Source: Chloroflexota bacterium (GTDB taxonomy: Bacteria > Chloroflexota > Limnocylindria > Limnocylindrales > CSP1-4). From it: a stretch of 35,225 nt of DNA. Positions 25,603-32,677 of this stretch are shown piece after piece (positions within the stretch are counted from its first letter, which is position 1; each line of letters starts with the position of its first letter). The notes under the pieces were generated by a model, which saw only the letters and a list, made by a program, of their open reading frames with translations, did no database searches and was not told the origin of the DNA. Made by a program: the position numbers and the translations under genes. The DNA is taken from positions 1-35,225 of the forward strand of contig SCTE01000249.1 of NCBI GenBank assembly GCA_004298915.1, read 5' to 3'.

Positions 25603-25741
25603 CAAACATCTCCCCGATCGCCGTCGAACCGGTCCCGGTCGGTTCGCCCGAAGGAGTGTAGCTGCGAATCGCACATCGTGCGAGCGAAAAATTCAGCCGA
25701 TGGAACGCCCGTTCGAAGTCTCGAGGTCCGATGCCCCTCCG

Positions 25742-25846
25742 TCAGGCCGCTGCCTGCCAGGCCGAGTAGAAGAGGATGGCCACCAGGCCGATCAACACGG
25801 CCGTCAGGAGCACAGCGCCGATGATGTCCCTGGCCCTGATTTCCAA
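25742..25846 (-). CDS. small single-TM peptide (34 aa); not in the ORF track
   Basis: GAGGAG-N7-TTG (25846), 18 nt after the lipoprotein stop. The peptide is MEIRARDIIGAVLLTAVLIGLVAILFYSAWQAAA*. About 31 of 34 codons end in G or C. Confidence 0.45.
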   Translation of the reverse strand: MEIRARDIIGAVLLTAVLIGLVAILFYSAWQAAA

Positions 25847-25864
25847 TGCGGATCTCCTCTGCGA

Positions 25865-26461
25865 TCAGCCCGTGAACGGACACCCGGCGCCGTACAGGAT
25901 CGACACGATCGTACTGCTCCCGAGGGGCATGACCGTGACCCGCACCTGGCAGGCGGGATGGATGTCGACCCCCGAGAGTTCGAGGCTGCCGTCCTCGCGA
26001 GGCCCAGACGCGCCCACGATGATCCAGCCGGCCCCCTGGAGCGCGGTCTGGTAGAAGTTCATGACGGCACCGGGCTCGGCCGCTCCCGCGTCGAGTGTCG
26101 CGCTGGCCGGGCCGGCTCCGGTCTCGGTCGGATGCGCACCCGGGTACGTCGGAAAGCCCGTCGGGAGTCCGTCCCAGATGCGTCCCCAATCGGTATCCGT
26201 CTGTCCGGGCATCGTCGGCGCGGCGGTGGCGCCGGGCTCCGTCGGGACGGGCGTGAGCTCGGCCGTGGGTTCCGCGAGCGACGGCACCGGCGATAGCGAC
26301 TGGGTCGACGTCGGCCCAGGGGTGCCCTGCACGGTGGAACAGCCGGCGACCAGGCACGCCGTCAGGCCGATGACCGCAAGGGCGTGGACAGCGCTGGGCC
26401 GGGGGCGTCGCCTCGCCGCCTGCGCGGACAGGCGAGGACTGATCGGGTAGGGCGGCTGCAC
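25865..26461 (-). CDS. hypothetical lipoprotein
   Basis: A signal peptide with a positive n-region and lipobox (RRRPRPSAVHALAVIGLTACLVAGCS) is followed by a Pro/Thr linker and a ~110-aa domain (MNFYQTALQGAGWIIVG...). Confidence 0.7.
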   Translation of the reverse strand: MQPPYPISPRLSAQAARRRPRPSAVHALAVIGLTACLVAGCSTVQGTPGPTSTQSLSPVPSLAEPTAELTPVPTEPGATAAPTMPGQTDTDWGRIWDGLPTGFPTYPGAHPTETGAGPASATLDAGAAEPGAVMNFYQTALQGAGWIIVGASGPREDGSLELSGVDIHPACQVRVTVMPLGSSTIVSILYGAGCPFTG

Positions 26462-26627
26462 GGGGGAATCCTACCCCGAGCGTGGCAGGACCCCGCCGCC
26501 CCCAGATGCGACGGGGTCCTGTGCGTGGTCCGATCACCTGCTCACCAGGTGCCGGCCGATCGGTGACCGGCGTGGTACCGATCCCCGAGCCTCACCCCGG
26601 CTCTGCGCCGGAGCGGTGCTTTCGAGT

Positions 26628-26759
26628 TCAGGTTCCGGTCTGGGCTGCCAGGGCCGCCGGGAGGAGGACGAGGATCAGGAGACTCACGATGGCGATCATC
26701 GCGACGATCCTCGTCAGGACGGCGGCAAGGCTGCGAAACGAACGGAAGCCTGTTTCCAC
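26628..26759 (-). CDS. small single-TM peptide (43 aa from GTG 26759; up to 61 aa if GTG 26813)
   Basis: METGFRSFRSLAAVLTRIVAMIAIVSLLILVLLPAALAAQTGT*. About 36 of 43 codons end in G or C. It is transcribed divergently from dnaE2. The start codon is uncertain and the SD is weak. Confidence 0.35.
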   Translation of the reverse strand: METGFRSFRSLAAVLTRIVAMIAIVSLLILVLLPAALAAQTGT

Positions 26760-26808
26760 GGCCCTTCTGACGCCACCGGGCGACAAGTTGTTGCGTCGCC
26801 GGGCGAAC

Positions 26809-26837
26809 TTCACGGTATCGAACAGATGTTCTATACT
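26809..26837 (+). promoter_or_regulatory. LexA (SOS) box TCGAACAGATGTTCTA inside the dnaE2 promoter (-35 TTCACG, 17-bp spacer, -10 TATACT)
   Basis: The box is at 26818-26833. The 20-nt stretch TCGAACAGATGTTC[G/T]ATACT is 19/20 identical to the imuA' promoter element, and the box sits at the same position relative to the -10. Confidence 0.75.
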
Positions 26838-26874
26838 GCCCGTTCATCTGCCCCCCCCGACACCGGGACCTGCC

Positions 26875-29800
26875 GTGGCTCAATTCCCGTACGCGGAGCT
26901 CCACTGTCACTCCAACTTCTCGTTCCTCGACGGGGCGTCGCCGGTCGAGGACCTGGTGGCACGGGCAGTCGAGCTCGGCCTGACCGGCCTCGGGATCACC
27001 GACCACCTCGGCCTGTATGGCGTGGTCCGATTTGCGGCGGCAGCCGAGGCGGCAGGCCTCCACCCGGTCATCGGAGTGGAAGTCGAGCTGCTCGACGCCG
27101 TCGTCGCCGATCCCTCAGGGGTCGTGGTCCCGGGTCGCCGGGCTGCGCGCCGCGGACGCCCGCCTGCAACCACGTCGATGGCTCCGTTCGACGTGATCGG
27201 TGCGGCCGGGGCCGTCGAGGGCCTGCCTGCGCGGCGGCGACCGGAGCGTGCCAGGCCCCCCGGCCATCGAGCGATCGTGAAGGAGGACCTGCGAGGGATC
27301 GGGGAACGCCAGCGGGGCCCGCATCTCGTGCTGCTGGCCCGGGACGCGACCGGGTACCGGAGCCTGTGCCGTCTCGTGTCCCATGCCAACCTGGCCGGCA
27401 CCAAGCGCGTGCCGCGGTTCAGCCAGGCGCTCCTCGCCGAGCATGCCGAGGGTCTCGTGGCGCTGTCCGGCTGCCGGGACGGCGAGATCGCCCGGCGACT
27501 CCTGGTGGGAGACCGCGCGGGGGCACGGGCGGCGGCGGAGCGGTATGCGAGGATCTTCGGGGGGAGCGGCGGCTCGCGTGTCCGGGCCGGCACTTCCGGG
27601 GACGGGCCCGCCACGAGCGGCTTCTTCCTCGAGCTGTCCCATCACCTGCTCCCCGACGACGACTGGCTCGTCGCCGAGACGGCGTCGCTCGCCGCCGACA
27701 TCGGGCTGCCCGTCGTCACCACGAACGACGTCCACCACGCCCGGGCCGAGGATCGCGAGCTCGGCGACGTCCTGACGGCCATCGCGCATGGGCGGACGCT
27801 CGACACGCTCGCCGACCTGCGCCGGCCGAACGGGGAATCGCACCTCAAGTCGGGTGCGGACCTCATGGCGATGCCGCCGGGGGACGCGGCCTTCGCGCGG
27901 GCGGACCCTGCGACGGCCAGGGCCTGGGTCGAGGGGATGGGCAATGCCGTCGAGGTCGCGGCCTCGTGCACCGTCGACCTCGGGTTCGAGCGGTATCGCT
28001 TCCCGGGCTTCCCGGTGCCCGCCGGGGAGACGGCGTTCAGCTATCTCGTCGAGCTCTGCCAGGCCGGCGTCCGTCGCCGCTACCACCCGGTCTCGCCGCC
28101 GGTCGTCCGGCAGCTCGCCCACGAGCTCGATGTCGTCGAGAAGACCGGGCTCGCCGAGTTCTTCCTGATCTGCTGGGACCTGATGCGCTTCGCGAAGGAG
28201 CGGGGGATCCCGGCCCAGGGCCGGGGCAGCGCCGCGGATTCGATCATCGCCTATGCCCTCGGGATCACCCGGGTCGATCCGATCCGCCACAACCTGCTGT
28301 TCGAGCGGTTCATCAACGAGGGCCGGACGACGTACCCGGACGTGGACATCGACTTCTCCTCGGAGCGGCGGGAGGAGGTCATCCAGTACGTCTATCAGCG
28401 CTACGGCCCGGAGCACACGGGGATGGTCTGCAACCTCGTCACGTACCGGGCGCGATCCGCCGTCCGCGAGGTCGGCTATGCGCTGGGGTTCCCGCGGCCG
28501 CTGGTCGATCGGGTGGCCAAGGCGCTCGAGACGTACGACAGCGTGATGGTGCGGCGGGACCTCGAGGCGGATGGGGGATTCGCGGACTTCTTCCGTCGAC
28601 CGGGGGACGAGGGGAGTGGCGGCGCCGCTGGCGAGGCGGTCGCGGCAGCAGCGGCACGAACCGGGGAGCGCGGCCTGACCGATCGGATGGGCCAACTCAA
28701 CGTGCGACGCGGTGGAGTGCCCCGTCCGGCCGGCGCGGGGAGCGGCGGGCGTGCCGTGCCCGGGGCCGTGCCGAGGGGCCGGCCCGAGGTTGTGCCCGGG
28801 GCCGTGCCGGTGGGCCGACCCGAAGTTGTGCCCGGGGCCGTGCCGGGTCGCCGGCCCGAGGGCGTGCCCGGGGCCGTGCCGGGTCGCCGGCCCGGACTTG
28901 GCCAAACGAACATCCCCGGATTACTGGGCAGCGAACAGGCGGCAACCAGGCCCGGCAGCTCCCCGGGCCTGGCCGAAATCATCCCGGCGGGAGCGTGGCT
29001 CGGGACAAATCCTGCCGGGCAGGACGGGGAGTCGGGGCACGGTGGGGGCTCGGTGCTGCCCAGCGATCCCCCGGTGGTAGTACGGCAGGAAGTTGCGGCC
29101 CAGATCGCTCCTACCACGGCCGCGGCCCCCGCCTCGCCGTCCCGGGCCGGCCCGGGGCCGCCGGTTGCCGCCGGCAGCGGCCACCGCGGCGGCACTTGGG
29201 CCATGGCCGCGGGATCCAAGCCGTCCATTCGAGCGGGTGGCGTGTCGGACGACAAGGGTGGCCCGGGCGATTCGCCGGCGAGCGTGGCGTGGCTGGAGTC
29301 GGGGCGTGGCACGGGATACGGGTCGGGTAGCGGGGATGGCCGCGGAGCGGGGCCGGCGTCCGTGGCGCCCGGCACGGTCGATGGCCGCGCGATCGATCCC
29401 GAATCGGGAGCAGTGGCGCCGCCCACGAGGCGCACGGATCGCCTGGGGCGGCCGCATCGCTGGGACCCGCCCGCGCCGCCGACGCACGGGATGGGCCGCG
29501 GGGGAGCGGGCCCTGGTGCCGCCGCGAGTGCCGCGGCCGGCGCGCCGCAGAGTTCCGTGGCGCGCGTGGAGCCCGAAGTGCCGGCCCACCCCCGTGGCGG
29601 GAGCACGATCGGGATGTCCGACTGGGAGCGCTGGCTCGAGTTCTGCGCCCGGATCGACGGGTTCCCGCGGCACCTCAGCATCCATTCCGGCGGGATGCTC
29701 GTGACGGCTGCCCCGCTCATCGACATCGCACCGCTGGAGCGCGCGACGATGAAGGACCGCGTCGTCGTCCAATTCGACAAGCGCGACGTCGAGACGCTCA

Positions 29801-31629
29801 AGCTGATCAAGCTCGACCTGCTCGGGCTCGGCATGCTCGCGGCCATCGACGAGACGCTCCAGCTCATCGAGAGCGACTGCGCGACCTGCATCGACCTCGA
29901 CGCCATTCCCGAGGAGATCCCCGAGGTCTTCGCGATGCTCCAGGCCGCCGACACCGTCGGCGTGTTCCAGGTGGAAAGCCGGGCCCAGATGCAGACCCTG
30001 CCGAAATCGAGGCCCGCCAGCCTGGACGATCTCGTCGTGGAGGTCGCGATCATCCGCCCAGGCCCGATCCAGGGCAACGCCGTCCACCCGTACCTGCGAC
30101 GCAAGCAGGGGCTCGAACCCGTGACCTATCTCCATCCGAGCCTCGAGCCGATCCTCGCCGAGACCCTTGGCGTGATCCTGTACCAGGAGCAGGTCATGAA
30201 GGTCGCGATCGAGGTCGCCGGGTTCACGCCGGCCGATTCGGACGGGTTCCGGCGGGCGATGGGCACGTGGCGATCGACCGGCGAGATGGAGAAGCTCCAT
30301 CGCCAGTTCGTGGACGGCTGCCTGCGCCAGCCCGGCATGACCGCGGAGGTCGCCGAGGAGCTGTTCGGCAAGGTGGCGGCGTTCGCGAGCTTCGGGTTCG
30401 CCAAGAGCCACGCGGCGGCGTTCGCGCGGACGGCCTATGAATCGAGCTTCCTCAAGCTGTTCTATCCCGCCCAGTTCCTGGTCGGGCTCATCAACGCCCA
30501 GCCGATGGGCTTCTACCCGGTCGAGGTCCTGATCAACGACGCCAAGCGCCACGGGGTGGCGATCCTGCCGGTCGACATCAACGCCTCGCGCTACAAGACG
30601 ACGACCGAGTGGGCGGGCCGGCCCGGCTGGGCCATCGCGGGCACGGCCGGAGACCCGCCGGCACCCGGGGCCGAGGGGCCACACGACGGCGATGAGGGCG
30701 AGCCGATCCCCGAGGGCGCCGGGATCACGAGCCGACCGGTCCCGGTCCGGTCCTCGGCGTGCTTCAACCCGATGAGCGCGGCACGCGATCGATGGGCGGC
30801 CGGGGATGCCGTGGGCTGGGGCGTGCGCCTCGGGCTGCATCTGGTCAAGGGGATCGGAGAGCAGCACGAGACGCTGCTCGACCGGGAGCTTGCGCGGGGC
30901 CCGTACGCCTCGCTGGCCGATGTCGTCGAACGGACCGGGCTGCCCGAGGAGGTCATCGAGCGGCTGATCCGGACCGGGGCGCTCGATTCGCTGGGGCGGC
31001 CCCGGCGCGAACTGCTGTGGCAACTGCGCGAGGTGGCGGGGGCGTCGCGGGGCCGGGTCGATGGCCAGGCACTCAGGGTCGCGAAGCAGGCCCGCGGCAG
31101 GAAGTCCGCGTCGGCGGGCCGCCCGATGGACCTGCGATTGCCCGCGACGGAGGCACCGGACCTGCCGCCCATCACGGAATCGGAGCGGGTCGGCGATGCC
31201 TACGCGGTGGTGGGGCTCGACGCGAGGCGACAGGTCGTGTCCCTGTTCCGGCCGGCGCTGGACCGGTTGGGCGCCGTCACGAACGGCTCACTTGCCGATC
31301 GGAAGCAGGGGCCGGTGCGGATCGGCGGGCTGGTCGTGACCCGCCAGCACCCGATGACCGCGAAGGGCACGGTCTTCCTCGCGGTCGAGGACGAGACGGG
31401 CATGGTCAACGTCACGCTATGGCCGGATACGTGGGCGCGGCTGCGAGGTGTCGTCCGGCGTCACGCGCTGCTCCTGATCGACGGCGACCTCCAGCGAGAG
31501 TCGTCGGTCGTGAACGTCGTGGCGCGCGATGTCAGGCCGTTGCCGGAGCTTGCCGTCGAGACGGCCGGACCGGGCGGCCCGGAGGGCGTCCGCCAGCTCG
31601 GCCATGCCGGCATGCGCCGGCTGGGCTGA
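26875..31629 (+). CDS. dnaE2: error-prone DNA polymerase III alpha-type subunit DnaE2, unusually long (~1584 aa)
   Basis: A GTG at 26875 opens VAQFPYAELHCHSNFSFLDGASPVEDLV (PHP domain). Downstream blocks are PRHLSIHSGGMLV, LKLDLLGLGML, VFQVESRAQM, IIRPGPIQG, ILYQEQVM and FGFAKSHAAAFA, followed by an OB-fold tail. The gene is LexA-boxed and pairs with imuA/imuB. The upstream part of the track ORF (26482-26874) holds the promoter. Confidence 0.9.
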   Translation: MAQFPYAELHCHSNFSFLDGASPVEDLVARAVELGLTGLGITDHLGLYGVVRFAAAAEAAGLHPVIGVEVELLDAVVADPSGVVVPGRRAARRGRPPATTSMAPFDVIGAAGAVEGLPARRRPERARPPGHRAIVKEDLRGIGERQRGPHLVLLARDATGYRSLCRLVSHANLAGTKRVPRFSQALLAEHAEGLVALSGCRDGEIARRLLVGDRAGARAAAERYARIFGGSGGSRVRAGTSGDGPATSGFFLELSHHLLPDDDWLVAETASLAADIGLPVVTTNDVHHARAEDRELGDVLTAIAHGRTLDTLADLRRPNGESHLKSGADLMAMPPGDAAFARADPATARAWVEGMGNAVEVAASCTVDLGFERYRFPGFPVPAGETAFSYLVELCQAGVRRRYHPVSPPVVRQLAHELDVVEKTGLAEFFLICWDLMRFAKERGIPAQGRGSAADSIIAYALGITRVDPIRHNLLFERFINEGRTTYPDVDIDFSSERREEVIQYVYQRYGPEHTGMVCNLVTYRARSAVREVGYALGFPRPLVDRVAKALETYDSVMVRRDLEADGGFADFFRRPGDEGSGGAAGEAVAAAAARTGERGLTDRMGQLNVRRGGVPRPAGAGSGGRAVPGAVPRGRPEVVPGAVPVGRPEVVPGAVPGRRPEGVPGAVPGRRPGLGQTNIPGLLGSEQAATRPGSSPGLAEIIPAGAWLGTNPAGQDGESGHGGGSVLPSDPPVVVRQEVAAQIAPTTAAAPASPSRAGPGPPVAAGSGHRGGTWAMAAGSKPSIRAGGVSDDKGGPGDSPASVAWLESGRGTGYGSGSGDGRGAGPASVAPGTVDGRAIDPESGAVAPPTRRTDRLGRPHRWDPPAPPTHGMGRGGAGPGAAASAAAGAPQSSVARVEPEVPAHPRGGSTIGMSDWERWLEFCARIDGFPRHLSIHSGGMLVTAAPLIDIAPLERATMKDRVVVQFDKRDVETLKLIKLDLLGLGMLAAIDETLQLIESDCATCIDLDAIPEEIPEVFAMLQAADTVGVFQVESRAQMQTLPKSRPASLDDLVVEVAIIRPGPIQGNAVHPYLRRKQGLEPVTYLHPSLEPILAETLGVILYQEQVMKVAIEVAGFTPADSDGFRRAMGTWRSTGEMEKLHRQFVDGCLRQPGMTAEVAEELFGKVAAFASFGFAKSHAAAFARTAYESSFLKLFYPAQFLVGLINAQPMGFYPVEVLINDAKRHGVAILPVDINASRYKTTTEWAGRPGWAIAGTAGDPPAPGAEGPHDGDEGEPIPEGAGITSRPVPVRSSACFNPMSAARDRWAAGDAVGWGVRLGLHLVKGIGEQHETLLDRELARGPYASLADVVERTGLPEEVIERLIRTGALDSLGRPRRELLWQLREVAGASRGRVDGQALRVAKQARGRKSASAGRPMDLRLPATEAPDLPPITESERVGDAYAVVGLDARRQVVSLFRPALDRLGAVTNGSLADRKQGPVRIGGLVVTRQHPMTAKGTVFLAVEDETGMVNVTLWPDTWARLRGVVRRHALLLIDGDLQRESSVVNVVARDVRPLPELAVETAGPGGPEGVRQLGHAGMRRLG
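28756..28899 (+). repeat. 4 x 36-bp in-frame tandem repeat inside dnaE2 (12-aa unit VPGAVPxGRPEV)
   Basis: The units are 28756-28791, 28792-28827, 28828-28863 and 28864-28899. All begin with the identical 18-mer GTGCCCGGGGCCGTGCCG. Confidence 0.95.
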
Positions 31630-32337
31630 TCAGCGGCCGGTGGCGCGCTTTCCCTTCGGGCGTGCACCGGCTCGCTGCCGCGCCCGCTGCGCGCTCGAGA
31701 ACGCGAGGAACCGGCGATACCACGCGGCCCCGGCCGCGAAGAAGATGCCCGACAACGGCCCGACGACGATCGCCGAGTAGATCAGCTCCTGCTGCCTCGC
31801 TGCGCTCAACACGCCCCCGGTCAGCTCTGGAACGGCACTCGTGATGAAGATCGCGTAACCGATGACATCGATGACCGCCACGATGAACCCGAGCAGGTAG
31901 CTCGCGCGCTTGGCGAAGAACCCGGCGATGAAGATCGGGGCCATCGCCGGCGGCAGGACCATGAGCTGGAAGAACAGCGCCGCGGCCGGATTGGTCGGGG
32001 CGACGATCAGCGACGCGACCCCGGCGATGACCAGCGCCGCCGGCACGAGGAACGCCCGCGTCCGAAGCAGCCAGGGGAGTGCCGCAAGGTCGGCACGGAT
32101 ATCCGGCCGATGAAACGACGTTCGGATCGAATCGGCAAAGCCGAGGGGACGGGCGGCCGTCGCGGGCCGGGTCGCGCCCCGGGGAGTTGCCGTGGCACGC
32201 GGCGATGAGCTCGTGCCGGACAGCGTGTTCGGGACGGCCATGCCTTCCTCGAGCTCGTTGGCATCGAACTCGGTGTCGTGGGTCATGCGATACCGGCGAC
32301 GGGCGTCGGCGCGGTCGGTGCGCTTGGCACGGGCCAC
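31630..32337 (-). CDS. hypothetical polytopic membrane protein (~235 aa)
   Basis: GAGGAG-N5-GTG (32337) opens VARAKRTDRADARRRYRMTHDTEFDANELEEG. Four to five TM helices follow (LVPAALVIAGVASLIV, LMVLPPAMAPIFIAGFF, LLGFIVAVIDVIGYAIFI, IYSAIVVGPLSGIFFAAGAAW). An alternative start is the ATG at 32286. The longer track ORF is Arg-rich. Confidence 0.65.
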   Translation of the reverse strand: MARAKRTDRADARRRYRMTHDTEFDANELEEGMAVPNTLSGTSSSPRATATPRGATRPATAARPLGFADSIRTSFHRPDIRADLAALPWLLRTRAFLVPAALVIAGVASLIVAPTNPAAALFFQLMVLPPAMAPIFIAGFFAKRASYLLGFIVAVIDVIGYAIFITSAVPELTGGVLSAARQQELIYSAIVVGPLSGIFFAAGAAWYRRFLAFSSAQRARQRAGARPKGKRATGR

Positions 32338-32596
32338 GGGCTCTCCTCGATGTGGTGCTCGAACCGGCGGCGGGCCGCGGTCGGTTGCTGGCGGTGGGTT
32401 GCTGGGCATCGTACGCGGATCGTCTCGTGCCTGCCGAACACGATGATCGGCCGATCCTCGGGCGGCAACTGCCCGGCAGGTAGCGGCACCATCGCTGGTG
32501 ATCCCCAGGTGATCGGCAAGCCACCGACTGTTGAGCGAGGTCCGGTACAACGTTGCGACCGCGTCCGCCCCCCGCGCCGCGGGACCGCGGAGAGCG

Positions 32597-32666
32597 GCCG
32601 CCCGCCAAGCCGCCCGCCCGCGAAGCCGCCCAGCCCGCCCACATCGCCCGCCATGCCGCCCGCCCG
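32597..32666. repeat. C-rich degenerate repeat tract (GCCGCCCGCCCG-type units); the complementary strand is G-rich with >=9 GGG runs
   Basis: GCCGCCCGCCCG occurs exactly at 32609-32620 and 32655-32666, with variants at 32597-32606 and 32625-32640. The tract ends at the GGAGG Shine-Dalgarno of the downstream gene. Confidence 0.8.
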
Positions 32667-32677
32667 GAGGTCGATCG

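Noticed and set aside
26482-26874. 131-codon N-terminal extension of the dnaE2 track ORF
   Set aside because: DnaE2 homology begins at the GTG at 26875 (VAQFPYAELHCHS). The extension contains the LexA box and the -35/-10 elements, and it overlaps a better-supported small minus-strand ORF.
28756-28899. 36-bp repeats as a CRISPR array
   Set aside because: The units are contiguous with no spacers and lie in frame inside a CDS. There is no repeat palindromicity typical of CRISPR and no cas genes nearby.
28590-29613. Possible intein or mobile insertion in dnaE2
   Set aside because: There are no intein splicing blocks: no Cys/Ser/Thr-led N-extein junction block, no TxxH, and no terminal HN followed by C/S/T. 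No homing-endonuclease motifs are present either. The sequence is low-complexity Gly/Pro/Ala/Arg, so I treat it as a disordered insertion.
26616-31023. Long alternate-frame and antisense ORFs over dnaE2 (26616-29330 +, 27115-28905 -, 28476-30104 -, 28921-31023 -)
   Set aside because: Only the 26875-31629 frame carries the PHP/polymerase/OB motifs. The others are Arg/Pro-rich artefacts of GC-rich, stop-poor sequence.
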